NCBI GenBank assembly: GCA_965221905.1
Contig: OZ244922.1
Span: 264,232-328,231 of the forward strand
DNA from: Chloroflexota bacterium
GTDB lineage: Bacteria; Chloroflexota; UBA11872; VXOZ01
Direction of reading: 5' to 3'
DNA length: 64,000 nucleotides
The notes under the pieces were generated by a model. It worked only from the letters and a program-made list of their open reading frames with translations, was not told the origin of the DNA and made no database searches. The position numbers and the translations under genes are program-made. Below, piece after piece: positions 35,592-45,080 of this stretch (position 1 is the first letter of the stretch; each line of letters opens with the position of its first letter).

Positions 35592-36353
35592 ATGAAGCTG
35601 GAAGATAAAGTAGCGGTCATTACCGGCGCCGGGTCCGGCATCGGGTACGAGATGGCGACGCTCTTCGCGCGGGAAGGCGCGCGCATCATGGGCGCGGACG
35701 TGGATGCGGACGGTCTCGCCAATACGGCGGCGGCTGTGGAAGCAATTGGTCGTCCGATGCGGACGTTCGTGGCCGACGTTACCGATCCGACCGCCGTGGA
35801 ACATCTGATGGCCGAGACGGTAGAAGCCTTCGGCAGTATCGACATCCTCTGCAACAATGCCGGCATCGGGCACGTGGGCAGCGTGCTGGACGTCACCCCC
35901 GAAGAGTGGGACCGGGTGATGGCTGTGAACGTGCGCGGCGTCTACCTGGGCTGCAAATACGCGGTCCCGTACATGCTGGCGCAGGGCGGGGGCATTATCG
36001 TCAATACGGCGTCGGTAGCCGGGCAGGTCGGCCTGCCCAAGCGCGCGGTCTACAGCGCGTCGAAAGGCGCGGTCATCGCGCTCACGAAGCAAGTCGCTAT
36101 CGAATACGTTGATAAGAACATCCGCGTGAACTGCGTCTGTCCCGGCACGGTGGAAACGCCCTGGGTGCAGCGGCTCCTCGCCGTCGAGGACGATCCGGTA
36201 GCAGCGCTCGAAAACCTCCGCCTGCGCCAGCCCATGGGCCGCCTCGGCCAACCCGACGAGGTGGCCAAAGCCGCCCTCTACCTCGCCTCCGACGCCGCCG
36301 ATTTCATCACCGGCATAGAACTGGTCTTAGACGGCGGCCTAACTGCACGGTGA
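35592..36353 (+). CDS. Short-chain dehydrogenase/reductase (FabG-like)
   Basis: VITGAGSGIG (TGxxxGxG), NNAG, YSASKGAV (YxxxK). Confidence 0.9.
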   Translation: MKLEDKVAVITGAGSGIGYEMATLFAREGARIMGADVDADGLANTAAAVEAIGRPMRTFVADVTDPTAVEHLMAETVEAFGSIDILCNNAGIGHVGSVLDVTPEEWDRVMAVNVRGVYLGCKYAVPYMLAQGGGIIVNTASVAGQVGLPKRAVYSASKGAVIALTKQVAIEYVDKNIRVNCVCPGTVETPWVQRLLAVEDDPVAALENLRLRQPMGRLGQPDEVAKAALYLASDAADFITGIELVLDGGLTAR

Positions 36354-36504
36354 CAAGCGCAGTCTATCACTCCAGTGAGCATAGTACCCCGCTTCTCCTA
36401 CTGAGCGGTTGGTCCCACCTAACGTTGCAGAATCAGCGAAGAGTCTGGGGTGCTAGCTTTAGACAGGGCCGCCTAAAAGGGGGAACTTAGCGATACGTGG
36501 AACA

Positions 36505-36582
36505 TTATGATCCTGAATATACCGCCGGAGTGACCAAATCGGAAAACTCCCGCATTGCGATCTTAGATAGCGTGTCGGTCAT
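36505..36582 (-). pseudogene. Possible remnant of a Phd/YefM-type antitoxin N-terminus
   Basis: My own translation gives MTDTLSKIAMREFSDLVTPAVYSGS*. It resembles the Phd/YefM N-terminal pattern (..is.aR..lselv..v..g..) but is cut off after 25 codons. Confidence 0.25.
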
Positions 36583-36626
36583 GTTTTGAACGGAATCTGA
36601 AGGAAACGCCGGTCTGGGAACAAATA

Positions 36627-37403
36627 TTGATTGAGCTGGCTAGCTTTGGAGAATTGACTTTGGGAGCATGGCGCGCGTTTGGGAACGCAGCTGCACTGTC
36701 ATCACGCGTGAGACACGCCATCCCGATACTGTTCTTCGGCGATCTCCCCTCCTACTCTTCATCAAGAACGCGGATTCTGACCGTCGGGCTAAACCCATCT
36801 TTGCATGAGTTCCCCGTGGAATGTGCGTTCCGTCGATTCCCACTTGCTGAAGGAGTCTCAGGAAGGGAGCCGGACCGCTATCTCGAAGCGCTCTCGGCTT
36901 ACTTCCACACCTGTCCATATTCTGAATGGTTTAGCGCTTTCGAGCCGCTGCTTGGAGGCCTGGAGGCTAGCTACTATGAGGGGCAACCATCGACAGCGCT
37001 CCATACTGACATCTGCTCACCCATCGCCACCGACCCGACATGGAACTGCCTTGACCGGGATGTGCAGAAGACCCTGGAGATGGATGGCGGTCCTCTCTGG
37101 CATGACCTGTTGAAGGTGCTCCGGCCGCAAATCGTGGTGCTGTCTGTCGCATGCCGACATCTATCGTGCATCAAGTTTAGATCCATAACTGAGTGGAAGC
37201 TCGTTCATGTGTTTGAGCGAACCAAGGACGGCTGCATGCGTAAGCAGCCTGTAAAGGTTTACGCGCGTTGGAGCGAGATAAGTGACGAGCCGGCACTTCT
37301 CTTCTTCGTCCCTGCAGCGCAGAAGCCGCTTGGTCTGCTAGGCACCGTTCAGAAGCGAAAAGCAGGCGTGATCGCGTTGGAGGAACTAAAAGGCAGCTTA
37401 TAA
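36627..37403 (+). CDS. Hypothetical protein, possibly uracil-DNA-glycosylase-superfamily fold
   Basis: PILFFGDLPSYSSSRTRILTVGLNPSLHEF parallels the UDG family-4 'vvFGeG....imfVGEaPG..E' strand-loop. ALHTDICSPIATDP parallels 'vyitNvvKCRPp'. There is no confident family match. The TTG start is uncertain. GC is lower than in flanking genes (by eye). Confidence 0.4.
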   Translation: MIELASFGELTLGAWRAFGNAAALSSRVRHAIPILFFGDLPSYSSSRTRILTVGLNPSLHEFPVECAFRRFPLAEGVSGREPDRYLEALSAYFHTCPYSEWFSAFEPLLGGLEASYYEGQPSTALHTDICSPIATDPTWNCLDRDVQKTLEMDGGPLWHDLLKVLRPQIVVLSVACRHLSCIKFRSITEWKLVHVFERTKDGCMRKQPVKVYARWSEISDEPALLFFVPAAQKPLGLLGTVQKRKAGVIALEELKGSL

Positions 37404-37652
37404 CCGGCGATTGGTCCAATTCTCTTATCGGGGCCGCTAGTATAAGGTTTACGCCTCTAGAGGTAGTGGTTGGAACTCACTCAATGTGGTCGATGGCTTG
37501 GGACAATTCCTCTACCCAGTTGCATCCTCGCCGGTAGCACTCTCGCAAGTGAGACTCCCGAATTCACTTAAATGCTTATGGCTAAAGTGCTACACTGAGC
37601 TCTTGGCTCGCCCCCCTCAAGATTTCACCCTGACAGCTTAGGCAAGGACGAT

Positions 37653-38756
37653 TTGGCAGTTGGTATGGCTGACGAATTACCCGAGGAAATATTAGAGGCA
37701 CCCAGGAATGGGGACGCTTCTGCCTCTGACATCGTAACGGATCTTGCAGCCGATGCAGCCTTCTCAGGCATCCCAATTCCTTATAGGCGAAACTTCTTCA
37801 AGGCAATGGGCCAATTGTGTTCGGCGGCAATAGATATTCCCGTGGCATACCTTACCGGGAAAGCAGATGAACTACGGGCAGAGACAGCGGCGCGAATTAA
37901 GCTGACTAACGTATCAACCGAGCAGATTGCTCAACAAATGCAGACCGATCCTGAGTATGCACGGGTAGCGGCTCAGAAGTTTGGTCAGCGTGTGATTCGT
38001 GAGCAAGTTAACTTAGATTTGATCAGTCAAAGAGCCGCCAATGAATTAACGAACAATGGTGATTCAGTCGATGAATTAGAGTCGGAGGAGTCTGGCGATA
38101 CGATTAACGACGATTGGTTAAATGCATTTGAGACGGAGGCTAGGCTAAAGAATTCCGAAGAAATGCAGGCCTACTTTGGTAAGGTCTTGGCTGGAGAAAT
38201 CAGAAAGCCAGGCACCTATTCGACAAGGACGGTCAGAATCCTGGGCAGTCTCGATCAGAATGTAGCTACCCTATTCTTGAGATTGTGCTCAATCTGCATC
38301 TCGCAATTCCAAGACATGCGAGTGCCCTCTTTAGGTGGAAGTGCTGGCAACAATGCGCTTGAAGAATATGGACTGAATTTCAGTGCTTTGAACCTACTGA
38401 ATGAACATGGGCTTGTGATCTCTGACTACAATTCTTGGCGAGAATATAAAACTACCTTGCCTGTTCAAGCAACGGGAAAGCATACGGTGTTCTTACCATT
38501 TGGCTTTCAAGGAAAGCACTGGATACTGATGCCTGCGTCCAGTGGCAAGACTGGCAAGAATCTCAGAATTCATGGTGTTGCACTCACACGCTCTGGCATG
38601 GAGCTATCGAGAATAGTTGAAATCGAACCGTTGGAAGAGTTTTCCAAGGCACTTTCACGATATTTGGAGAAAGAGGGATTTCGGAAGGTCAAAGTCGGCC
38701 ATGGAGGACCACAAGTCGTAGATTTAAACGCTGACACGGGGTTAGACTCTAAATGA
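37653..38756 (+). CDS. DUF2806 domain protein
   Basis: DDWLNAFETEARLKNSEEMQAYFGKVLAGEIRKPGTYSTRTVRILGSLDQNVATLFLRLCS matches the DUF2806 core as I remember it (DWl.rF...a..vsdeemQ.lWakiLAgE...PGsfS.Rtl..L..L). Visibly AT-richer codon usage. An alternative ATG start lies at 37665. Confidence 0.6.
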   Translation: MAVGMADELPEEILEAPRNGDASASDIVTDLAADAAFSGIPIPYRRNFFKAMGQLCSAAIDIPVAYLTGKADELRAETAARIKLTNVSTEQIAQQMQTDPEYARVAAQKFGQRVIREQVNLDLISQRAANELTNNGDSVDELESEESGDTINDDWLNAFETEARLKNSEEMQAYFGKVLAGEIRKPGTYSTRTVRILGSLDQNVATLFLRLCSICISQFQDMRVPSLGGSAGNNALEEYGLNFSALNLLNEHGLVISDYNSWREYKTTLPVQATGKHTVFLPFGFQGKHWILMPASSGKTGKNLRIHGVALTRSGMELSRIVEIEPLEEFSKALSRYLEKEGFRKVKVGHGGPQVVDLNADTGLDSK

Positions 38757-38874
38757 GCATGCACGGTGTTGTGTAGCGTGCGGCTATACGTATAGTTGTG
38801 AAGATTCGCTCCTCCTCGTAGATCTGCTTTGCATGTGGTCGCTTTGCGGGTGCCACGCTGAGAGCCTCAACTGG

Positions 38875-39113
38875 TCAAAGCAATTCCCTTTGGAACGACT
38901 CCACCCAACGGCGTTGGTGGTGGGGGAGGCCGTTGATGCGGACGTTGAGGTCGATGGAGACGTGGATGGCGTCCTGGGTGCTGCGGACGTTGGCGGACGT
39001 ATCCACGTTGATCACGCTGTCCGTGCGGGTGGATGGTGCGGAAGTGTTGGCCGATGGCCGTAGTGTCTGCGGGATTGCGGTTGTTGGCCCACACCTCCAG
39101 CCGGGACTCCATT
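38875..39113 (-). pseudogene. Frameshifted duplicate of the 3' end of the CocE/NonD hydrolase gene
   Basis: It aligns by eye base-for-base with 41339-41576 (roughly nine in ten identical). A 1-nt indel near GCGGGTGGATGGTGCGG vs GCGGGTGATGGTCCTG splits the reading frame. The two track ORFs read ..ESRLEVWANNRNPADTTAIGQHFRTI.. and ..RTDSVINVDTSANVRSTQDAIHVSIDLNVRINGLPHHQRRWVESFQRELL. Confidence 0.85.
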
Positions 39114-39416
39114 CTGTCTGAGAGGTTACCCCTTCCATCCATTTCCAGCAAAGCAAAAAACCCAACCTCTTTGCCTTAGAGGCAAGTCATAGGTGAAGAG
39201 TAATGGGTGAGCGCCACTGCACTCGCTAAGTTTTCCAGACGTTGCAGACAGACTCACGGTCTGATAGCCACTCGACGTTGTGGAACAGACATTCTGCGCT
39301 AGTTCTTGCGGCTTGCACCAGAGTCGAGGTCAAGTCCTGAGCGCATGCTACGCTTGCTAGCGACACTAAAGCTTAGAAAGTCACGCTCGACTCGCTTGCT
39401 TCGGACAAATACACCG

Positions 39417-40229
39417 CTAGTCTTCTCTCCACGGAAGACGCCAGAGCCCCAAAGATATGCTTACTATCGCGAATCCTGCCAGTACAGCTAGTTCGACTAA
39501 GACATCGGACCGACCAGACAACGATTTCGTGATCCCATCAGCGGCATAACGTAGAGGCGAAATGTAGCCCAGTGCCTTCAGCAGTAGGGGCGCTTGATCC
39601 ATCGTGAAGTAAACTGGCGACACGGTTGCAAGAACGATTGCCAACAGAGAGGTGCTGATGTTACCAACCTGAGGCGTGGGGGCGAAGCTGACGACGAACA
39701 TGGTTAAGCCAGCCATCGTAAGAACCGTTAGGACAAGAGATGGTACCAGACCCCAAGAGATGTTTAAATCCACTCCGGCCGCGAACCCGAAGCCGAGCAG
39801 CATCACAACCGTTATGACGCCGGATATGGACGAATAGGCCAGTGTGCCGAGGATGTAAGCGCCTTTAGATACCGGCATAGTAATGAGTAGCTTGAGGGTA
39901 CCCATAAACCGTTGCCCGTTGATGTTTTGTCCGACGAGCATGCCGATGGACATGGACACACCAAATACCAAGGTGCCCGCGAGTAGGCGGCGGACCACAG
40001 CCGGATCGTCAGGCGCAATAGCTTTGGTTACGTAGAACCACGGGATTGGGAAGGCAGCGGCCAACAGCACCATCAAATACCACTGCCTCATGGCAGGTAT
40101 GAAATTAAGCTCGAAGACCGAGACGACATCGGACATGAACTTCGTGACGCCTCCAGTCCGATATACGCCCCTAGAGGCGTTCAGATTCTGGTTTAGCTGG
40201 TCTCCGGTTTGCCGCGGAGAATCATCCAT
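39417..40229 (-). CDS. ABC-2 type exporter permease
   Basis: 270 aa with 6 TM helices. Start overlaps the ATPase stop (TAATG). Confidence 0.8.
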   Translation of the reverse strand: MDDSPRQTGDQLNQNLNASRGVYRTGGVTKFMSDVVSVFELNFIPAMRQWYLMVLLAAAFPIPWFYVTKAIAPDDPAVVRRLLAGTLVFGVSMSIGMLVGQNINGQRFMGTLKLLITMPVSKGAYILGTLAYSSISGVITVVMLLGFGFAAGVDLNISWGLVPSLVLTVLTMAGLTMFVVSFAPTPQVGNISTSLLAIVLATVSPVYFTMDQAPLLLKALGYISPLRYAADGITKSLSGRSDVLVELAVLAGFAIVSISLGLWRLPWRED

Positions 40230-41107
40230 TAGCTTGCACCATCTTCGTCTAGTGGACGTTTATTACGTGTGAGACCGAGATAGACGTCTTCTAACGTTGT
40301 CCTTGAGACGGAGTACTGACGAATGCCCTTGGTTTGCACCTGTTTGACGAGCTCTTTGTCGGTGGAGCCGTAAATCGTTTCGGTTTTTTCGCCCACCTCA
40401 AACGCAATCTTGTATTCGAACCCATGCGCGGCCTTTAGATTGTCCACGGTATCGAGAGCCAACAGCCTACCGTCTTGGATTATGCCAACCCTGTCACACA
40501 AGACTTCGGCCTCCTCCATGTTGTGGCTCGTGAGCAGGACGGTCGAGCCTTTGCGCCGGTGACCAAGCAGAAGGTCCCACAGCTCGTGGCGAGACTCGGG
40601 GTCGAGGCCTGCACTGGGCTCATCCAGGACTATTAGCGGTGGGTCGACCAGCGCGGCTATGCCGACAAATAGGCGACGCTTAAGGCCTCCAGACAACTCG
40701 TGGGCGGGCTTATCCCTGTGCTCCTCCAGTCGAAGGTCGGCTATCAATTCCTCGGCCCGGCGTGATGCCATACTGGCAGATAGGCCGCGCAATTTACCGA
40801 AGATACGCAGGTGGTGGCGTACAGATAGCCCGAAGAAGAGTTGGGCCTCTTGTGGCATGACGCCCATATGGCCCTTAACCTCGTTGTAATGGGACACCGC
40901 ATCGATCCCGAATACACGGACTTCTCCTGAGGTCGGTAGCAGCTCAGTGGTGATCTGCCGTACTAGGGTGGTCTTGCCCGCGCCGTTCGGCCCTAGAATG
41001 CCCAGCATCTCTCCAGGTTCAACGGTTAGCGAAATTTCTCGATTCGCCCAGGTGCCGTTCTTGTACTGCTTGCTGAGCTTCTTGACTTCAACGGGTGGTG
41101 CTTTCAC
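40229..41107 (-). CDS. ABC transporter ATP-binding protein (DrrA/ABC-2 type)
   Basis: GPNGAGKTT, LSGGLKRRLFVG, VLDEPSAGLD, TSHNMEE. Confidence 0.9.
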   Translation of the reverse strand: MKAPPVEVKKLSKQYKNGTWANREISLTVEPGEMLGILGPNGAGKTTLVRQITTELLPTSGEVRVFGIDAVSHYNEVKGHMGVMPQEAQLFFGLSVRHHLRIFGKLRGLSASMASRRAEELIADLRLEEHRDKPAHELSGGLKRRLFVGIAALVDPPLIVLDEPSAGLDPESRHELWDLLLGHRRKGSTVLLTSHNMEEAEVLCDRVGIIQDGRLLALDTVDNLKAAHGFEYKIAFEVGEKTETIYGSTDKELVKQVQTKGIRQYSVSRTTLEDVYLGLTRNKRPLDEDGAS

Positions 41108-41338
41108 AAAGAGTAATGTCCCAATGCCACTTCAGTGATTGGTTCTACAGTAGTCCCATAGACTGCAGATGTCAGTCTTAGGCCGTCAAATGATCGAGCC
41201 ATCCTAAGTAAGTCTTCTCCCACGCGGTCTCTGCGGGTCAACAATCTCAACAAGTGAGGGGGGGGGTAGACGATCTATAATTCCGTCAATATGCAAATGA
41301 CCCCCTCGCGAACAACGCATTGAGGGAGCTGCCGCCGA

Positions 41339-43387
41339 TCAAAGCAGCTCTCTATTGAACGACTCGACCCAATGGCGCTGGTGGTGGGGGAGGCCGTTGA
41401 TGCGGACGTCCAGGTCTATGGAGACGTGGATGGCGTCGTGGGTGCTGCGGACGTTGGCGGACGTATCGATGTTGATTACGCTGTCGGTGCGGGTGATGGT
41501 CCTGAAGTGTTGGCCTATGGCCGTAGTCTCTGCGGGATTGCGGTTGTTGGCCCACACCTCCAGCCGAGACTCCATTTTGACGGTCATATCGGCGCTGGCC
41601 CGGCTCTCGCCAACGAGATGTAACCGTAGGCCGGTGCGGTCTCGCATCATGTCCTGGGTAATCTCCCAGGGGATTTCGCGGGGCGATGCCTCCGGGTATG
41701 TGCGCGGCGCGGCGGAAGGCTCGTACGCCATCTCGTCGGGCGGCAGCTCTCCGGCGGGGGCGTCCCGCGTGGGCACAACCGGCAGCTCCAGGTACGACTC
41801 ACGTCCACTGTCCCGGTAGATGCGGTTCGTGCCGTTATAGGGAGTCGGCCACAGGTTTGGAAAGTCCGCGCTGCTTATAGAGAGCCGGATCCTGTGCCCT
41901 CGCTCAAACCTCCATGCCGTAGCGTCCAGGTCCACGTGCAGCTCGTAGATCTCGCCCGGTTCCATAGGCTCCGGGTCTGTGAGCGAGTCGCGCCGCGTCC
42001 CGTTCAGCACGCCAATTGTGACCTGCGCGCTGGTACCGTCCGGCGCGACGTCTGAGAGCCGGGCCACGAACGCCATAACGGGTGCCGTGGAACTGACGTG
42101 GAGCACGGCCTTGCCCATGCCGATGATTTCCAGCGGTTCGTCCAATGGCGCGGAGGTGTAGTTCGCCGCGTAGACTTCGTCCACGCGCTGGTCGCTCGGT
42201 AGTCCAAAGGGGACGCCCGCGCTCCACAGGCCGCTCGCTATCCCCACGGACGGCCGGTATGCGTACTCCTCGTAGCCGCGGTGGGTCATGTCCGGGTTTT
42301 CCGGCGTAAGCTCGCTGCCGAGATTGAGCCGCTGTGAACGCCCACCGGGAATGGGGAAATTCGGCTCGCAGCGCCAGTAGCCGGAAGTGTGGGTGCGGTA
42401 GGGTTCCGGCACGTCGAACGTCTGCACGTAGACGTTGACGGCCGGCTCGTCCATGATGCCGTTGTCTATCCCCTTGAGCCAGTAGTCGCACCACCGCACG
42501 GTGAGATGCTCGCGCGCCAGCGACGGTCCGGGTGTTTCGCAGTCCGGGCTGGAGTGATTCCAGGGGCCGATGAGCACTTTGCTCGGCGCGGTCATGTGCT
42601 GCGCCGTCCTGAGCGGGGCGTTACAGTAGCCGTCACGCCAGCCGCCGATAAGCAGCGCCGAGGCCTTGATCTCGTGGTAGCGGCCCCGAATGCTGCCGTG
42701 CCGCCAGTATTCCCCGTCTGTCTGATTCGCGAGCCACGTGAGCAGATATGGATTGTTCTGCTCCAGGCGCTGCTCCCAAAGCTCGGCCCAACGGTCGCCG
42801 CTGTATTCGGGGTAGGGCGGCATTGCGTTCATGCCGACCATGGAGCTGCCGTATGCGCCTATGTCGTAGTAACAGCGTAGAGCCCCGCCACGGTAGTGAC
42901 AGTCGTCTGTGTACCGGTCGTCGGTGTAGTTCCAGGGGATGATCGTTTCCAGATGAGGCGGCGCCAAGGCAGCGACCTGCACGCTGGTAAACCCGCCGTA
43001 GGAGCCGCCGGTCATTGCCACTTTGCCGTCGCACCAGTCCTGCGCGGCGATCCATTCGACCACGTCGTAACCGTCGCGGATTTCCACGGGGCGGTACTCG
43101 TCGTCGTTTGAGCCTTCGCTGGAGCCGGTGCCCCGGCAGTCGACGCGGGCGCCGACGTAGCCGTGCTGCGCCCAGTGGTGTTGCATCCCAACTAGGGGCT
43201 CCTGGTCGTCCTTGCGGTACGGAATGTAGGTGAGGATCACGGGCCACGGGCCTTCCCCGGCCGGCACGTGAATGTCCAGCGCGAGCTTGGTACCGTCGCG
43301 GGTGGGCGCCATGATGTTCTTCACGAAGCTGATGCCTTCCCCACTGACTGCCATAGGCCTTACGCCTGAGTAGGTCTCATCTGCCAT
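41339..43387 (-). CDS. CocE/NonD family hydrolase (X-Pro dipeptidyl-peptidase S15-like)
   Basis: TRDGTKLALDIHVP, GxSxG-type GGSYGG, and a large C-terminal beta-sandwich domain. 682 aa. Confidence 0.85.
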   Translation of the reverse strand: MADETYSGVRPMAVSGEGISFVKNIMAPTRDGTKLALDIHVPAGEGPWPVILTYIPYRKDDQEPLVGMQHHWAQHGYVGARVDCRGTGSSEGSNDDEYRPVEIRDGYDVVEWIAAQDWCDGKVAMTGGSYGGFTSVQVAALAPPHLETIIPWNYTDDRYTDDCHYRGGALRCYYDIGAYGSSMVGMNAMPPYPEYSGDRWAELWEQRLEQNNPYLLTWLANQTDGEYWRHGSIRGRYHEIKASALLIGGWRDGYCNAPLRTAQHMTAPSKVLIGPWNHSSPDCETPGPSLAREHLTVRWCDYWLKGIDNGIMDEPAVNVYVQTFDVPEPYRTHTSGYWRCEPNFPIPGGRSQRLNLGSELTPENPDMTHRGYEEYAYRPSVGIASGLWSAGVPFGLPSDQRVDEVYAANYTSAPLDEPLEIIGMGKAVLHVSSTAPVMAFVARLSDVAPDGTSAQVTIGVLNGTRRDSLTDPEPMEPGEIYELHVDLDATAWRFERGHRIRLSISSADFPNLWPTPYNGTNRIYRDSGRESYLELPVVPTRDAPAGELPPDEMAYEPSAAPRTYPEASPREIPWEITQDMMRDRTGLRLHLVGESRASADMTVKMESRLEVWANNRNPAETTAIGQHFRTITRTDSVINIDTSANVRSTHDAIHVSIDLDVRINGLPHHQRHWVESFNRELL

Positions 43388-43500
43388 TTACATGTCTCCC
43401 ATCCAACTGAGTCCGTCTAGCGGAATACCGGCTTGAGGCCCGGGTGATAGATTTCGAGTATTCATACCGCCAGCGTCACCCCGCTGTCTGCGAACTCGTC

Positions 43501-44073
43501 TTACTCTTCGCTTTCCTGACCCTCGTGCGCTTGGCAGAGCGGGCAGTGGCCGGGGGTGCTGACGTGGACGCCGCACAGAGTGCAGCGGTCCGACTCTTGC
43601 GCTTCTTCGCCAGCCAGGCGAGCGAGGGCTTGCTGGCGAACGGCCGGATTCTCGATGAGATCGATGGCTTGGCGCAGCCGCCTTTCGCGGTCGGCATCGT
43701 CGACTGTGGCGGTCGCCTGGGGCGAAGCCTTCTGTGAGGGTGGGAGTTGTGTTCCCGTTGGTGTGCGGGTTGGCGGCCGCTGACCGCGAACGCGGAGATC
43801 GAGTTTGGTGACGAGCGGACGCCCTAATTTCGTATTTAGTTCGCGCGTAAGTTGCGGCACGCGCATGTGCAGCTCGTGTACGGCGGCGGAAGAGGGGGTC
43901 TGGATCGTCAATGTGCCCTGCTGGAAGCGGAGCGGACGAGCGTCACGGGCATGGGCCGGGAGGCTGGCAGCGATGGTACGCCACGCGGCAAACACCGCCG
44001 ACCGCATGAGCGGTTCGGAGATGCCAAGCTCGTCGATCATGCCCGGCAGCACGTCTTTAAGCGCCTTGAACAT
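43501..44073 (-). CDS. DUF721 (DciA-like) protein with a C-terminal CxxC...CxxC zinc ribbon
   Basis: LMRSAVFAAWRTIAASLPAHARDARPLRFQQGTLTIQTPSSAAVHELHMRVPQLTRELN is the DUF721 core. C-terminal CTLCGVHVSTPGHCPLC. ATG at 44073 follows GGAGGGAGGGA. Confidence 0.75.
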   Translation of the reverse strand: MFKALKDVLPGMIDELGISEPLMRSAVFAAWRTIAASLPAHARDARPLRFQQGTLTIQTPSSAAVHELHMRVPQLTRELNTKLGRPLVTKLDLRVRGQRPPTRTPTGTQLPPSQKASPQATATVDDADRERRLRQAIDLIENPAVRQQALARLAGEEAQESDRCTLCGVHVSTPGHCPLCQAHEGQESEE

Positions 44074-44368
44074 GCCGTATCCCTCCCTCCTCACAGCCTA
44101 GCACAGCCCAGCAAGAGTGCGCTCTATTGTGTTAATCTAATCAGGTTGAAAGTGATGCGCGGCATAGGGGATAGTGCACAAAACCACAATGGCGGCGAGA
44201 GAGACTAATGAGAGTGGCGATACGCAGGCATTGCCGTTGCTCGCGGCTGTAGGTCAAGAGTTCCGCCGAAGCTTCTCATGCCCTTGTAATTCGGAGCTGA
44301 AAGGATTGGACTTAGATTGGGCAAGAGTGAGCTAACGGTCTTGCCCATGCCTAGGCGGTCACTCAAAC

Positions 44369-44428
44369 TGTCACACTGAGGAACCATTCGGCAGGCTCAG
44401 GATAGTCTCCGCGACGAAGAATCTAGAG
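44369..44428. repeat. GC-rich dispersed repeat ('GTCACACTGAGG...CGCGACGAAGAATC')
   Basis: Resembles the element at 30281-30313. Family assignment is by eye only. Confidence 0.4.
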
Positions 44429-44538
44429 TGGTAAGTTTTCTTGAATCCTCGCTTGGCTCGGAATTGTAGGTGTTGACTAATTCGTTGACAGATTTTTCAA
44501 TCCAGTTAACGCCCTGGAAAGTTGAAGACGGTCAGTTC

Positions 44539-44645
44539 CGTCATTCCGGCGAAAGCCGGAATCCATCTTCAATGCACCCCTTAGACTCCGGCCCCGATTC
44601 TACCAGGGGGCAGGCTTTGCGCCGGAGTAGCGGATTTCGTGACGC
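44539..44645. repeat. Composite 'GTCATTCCGGCGAAAGCCGGAATCCATCTTC...GACTCCGGC...GCCGGAGTAGCGGATTTCGTGACG' element
   Basis: Same family and architecture as 6295-6364 and 33422-33511. Confidence 0.7.
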
Positions 44646-44850
44646 TTACCATGTTCGTTCTTGTTGCATGCGCTGTCACTGCTCGTGACAGAACCACCTA
44701 CTGGGTAAGGCAGCCGATTGGTAGTCATTGCTTCCTGCCGTTTCATGCTCCCATTCTGCCAACGAATTACCTGGCAATTACAGGAATGACAAGAAGCGCA
44801 ACTTTATGAACGATCAAGTCTAAATCTACTGATCCCGTTGTGATTTCGAT

Positions 44851-44880
44851 TTGCACACCTGGTGAGCAATTGCTTATAAT
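44851..44880 (+). promoter_or_regulatory. Near-consensus sigma70-like promoter upstream of the 45081 gene
   Basis: TTGCAC-N18-TATAAT, about 200 nt upstream of the GTG start. Confidence 0.4.
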
Positions 44881-45080
44881 GGTTCAGACCAAGGGTAACT
44901 ATACCCATGGTCATCCTTTTCAGTTCTCTTGTCACGTTAGGTTCCCGTCCTAAATTCCAGATTTCCGTTTTACGAGCCGATTAATTCTACTACCTAAGGC
45001 GGGCTGTTTAGGCCGGTCTTGGAAATCAACTCTCTCTTCATCTCATCGTTCTACTATGCGCTCTACAACGGAGACCCTTT

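Noticed and set aside
39114-41338. Calling the ABC-2 operon segment a bona fide mobile element
   Set aside because: There is no integrase, transposase or terminal inverted repeat. Only the duplicated hydrolase 3' end supports mobility, so it is reported as a finding and not annotated as a mobile_element feature.
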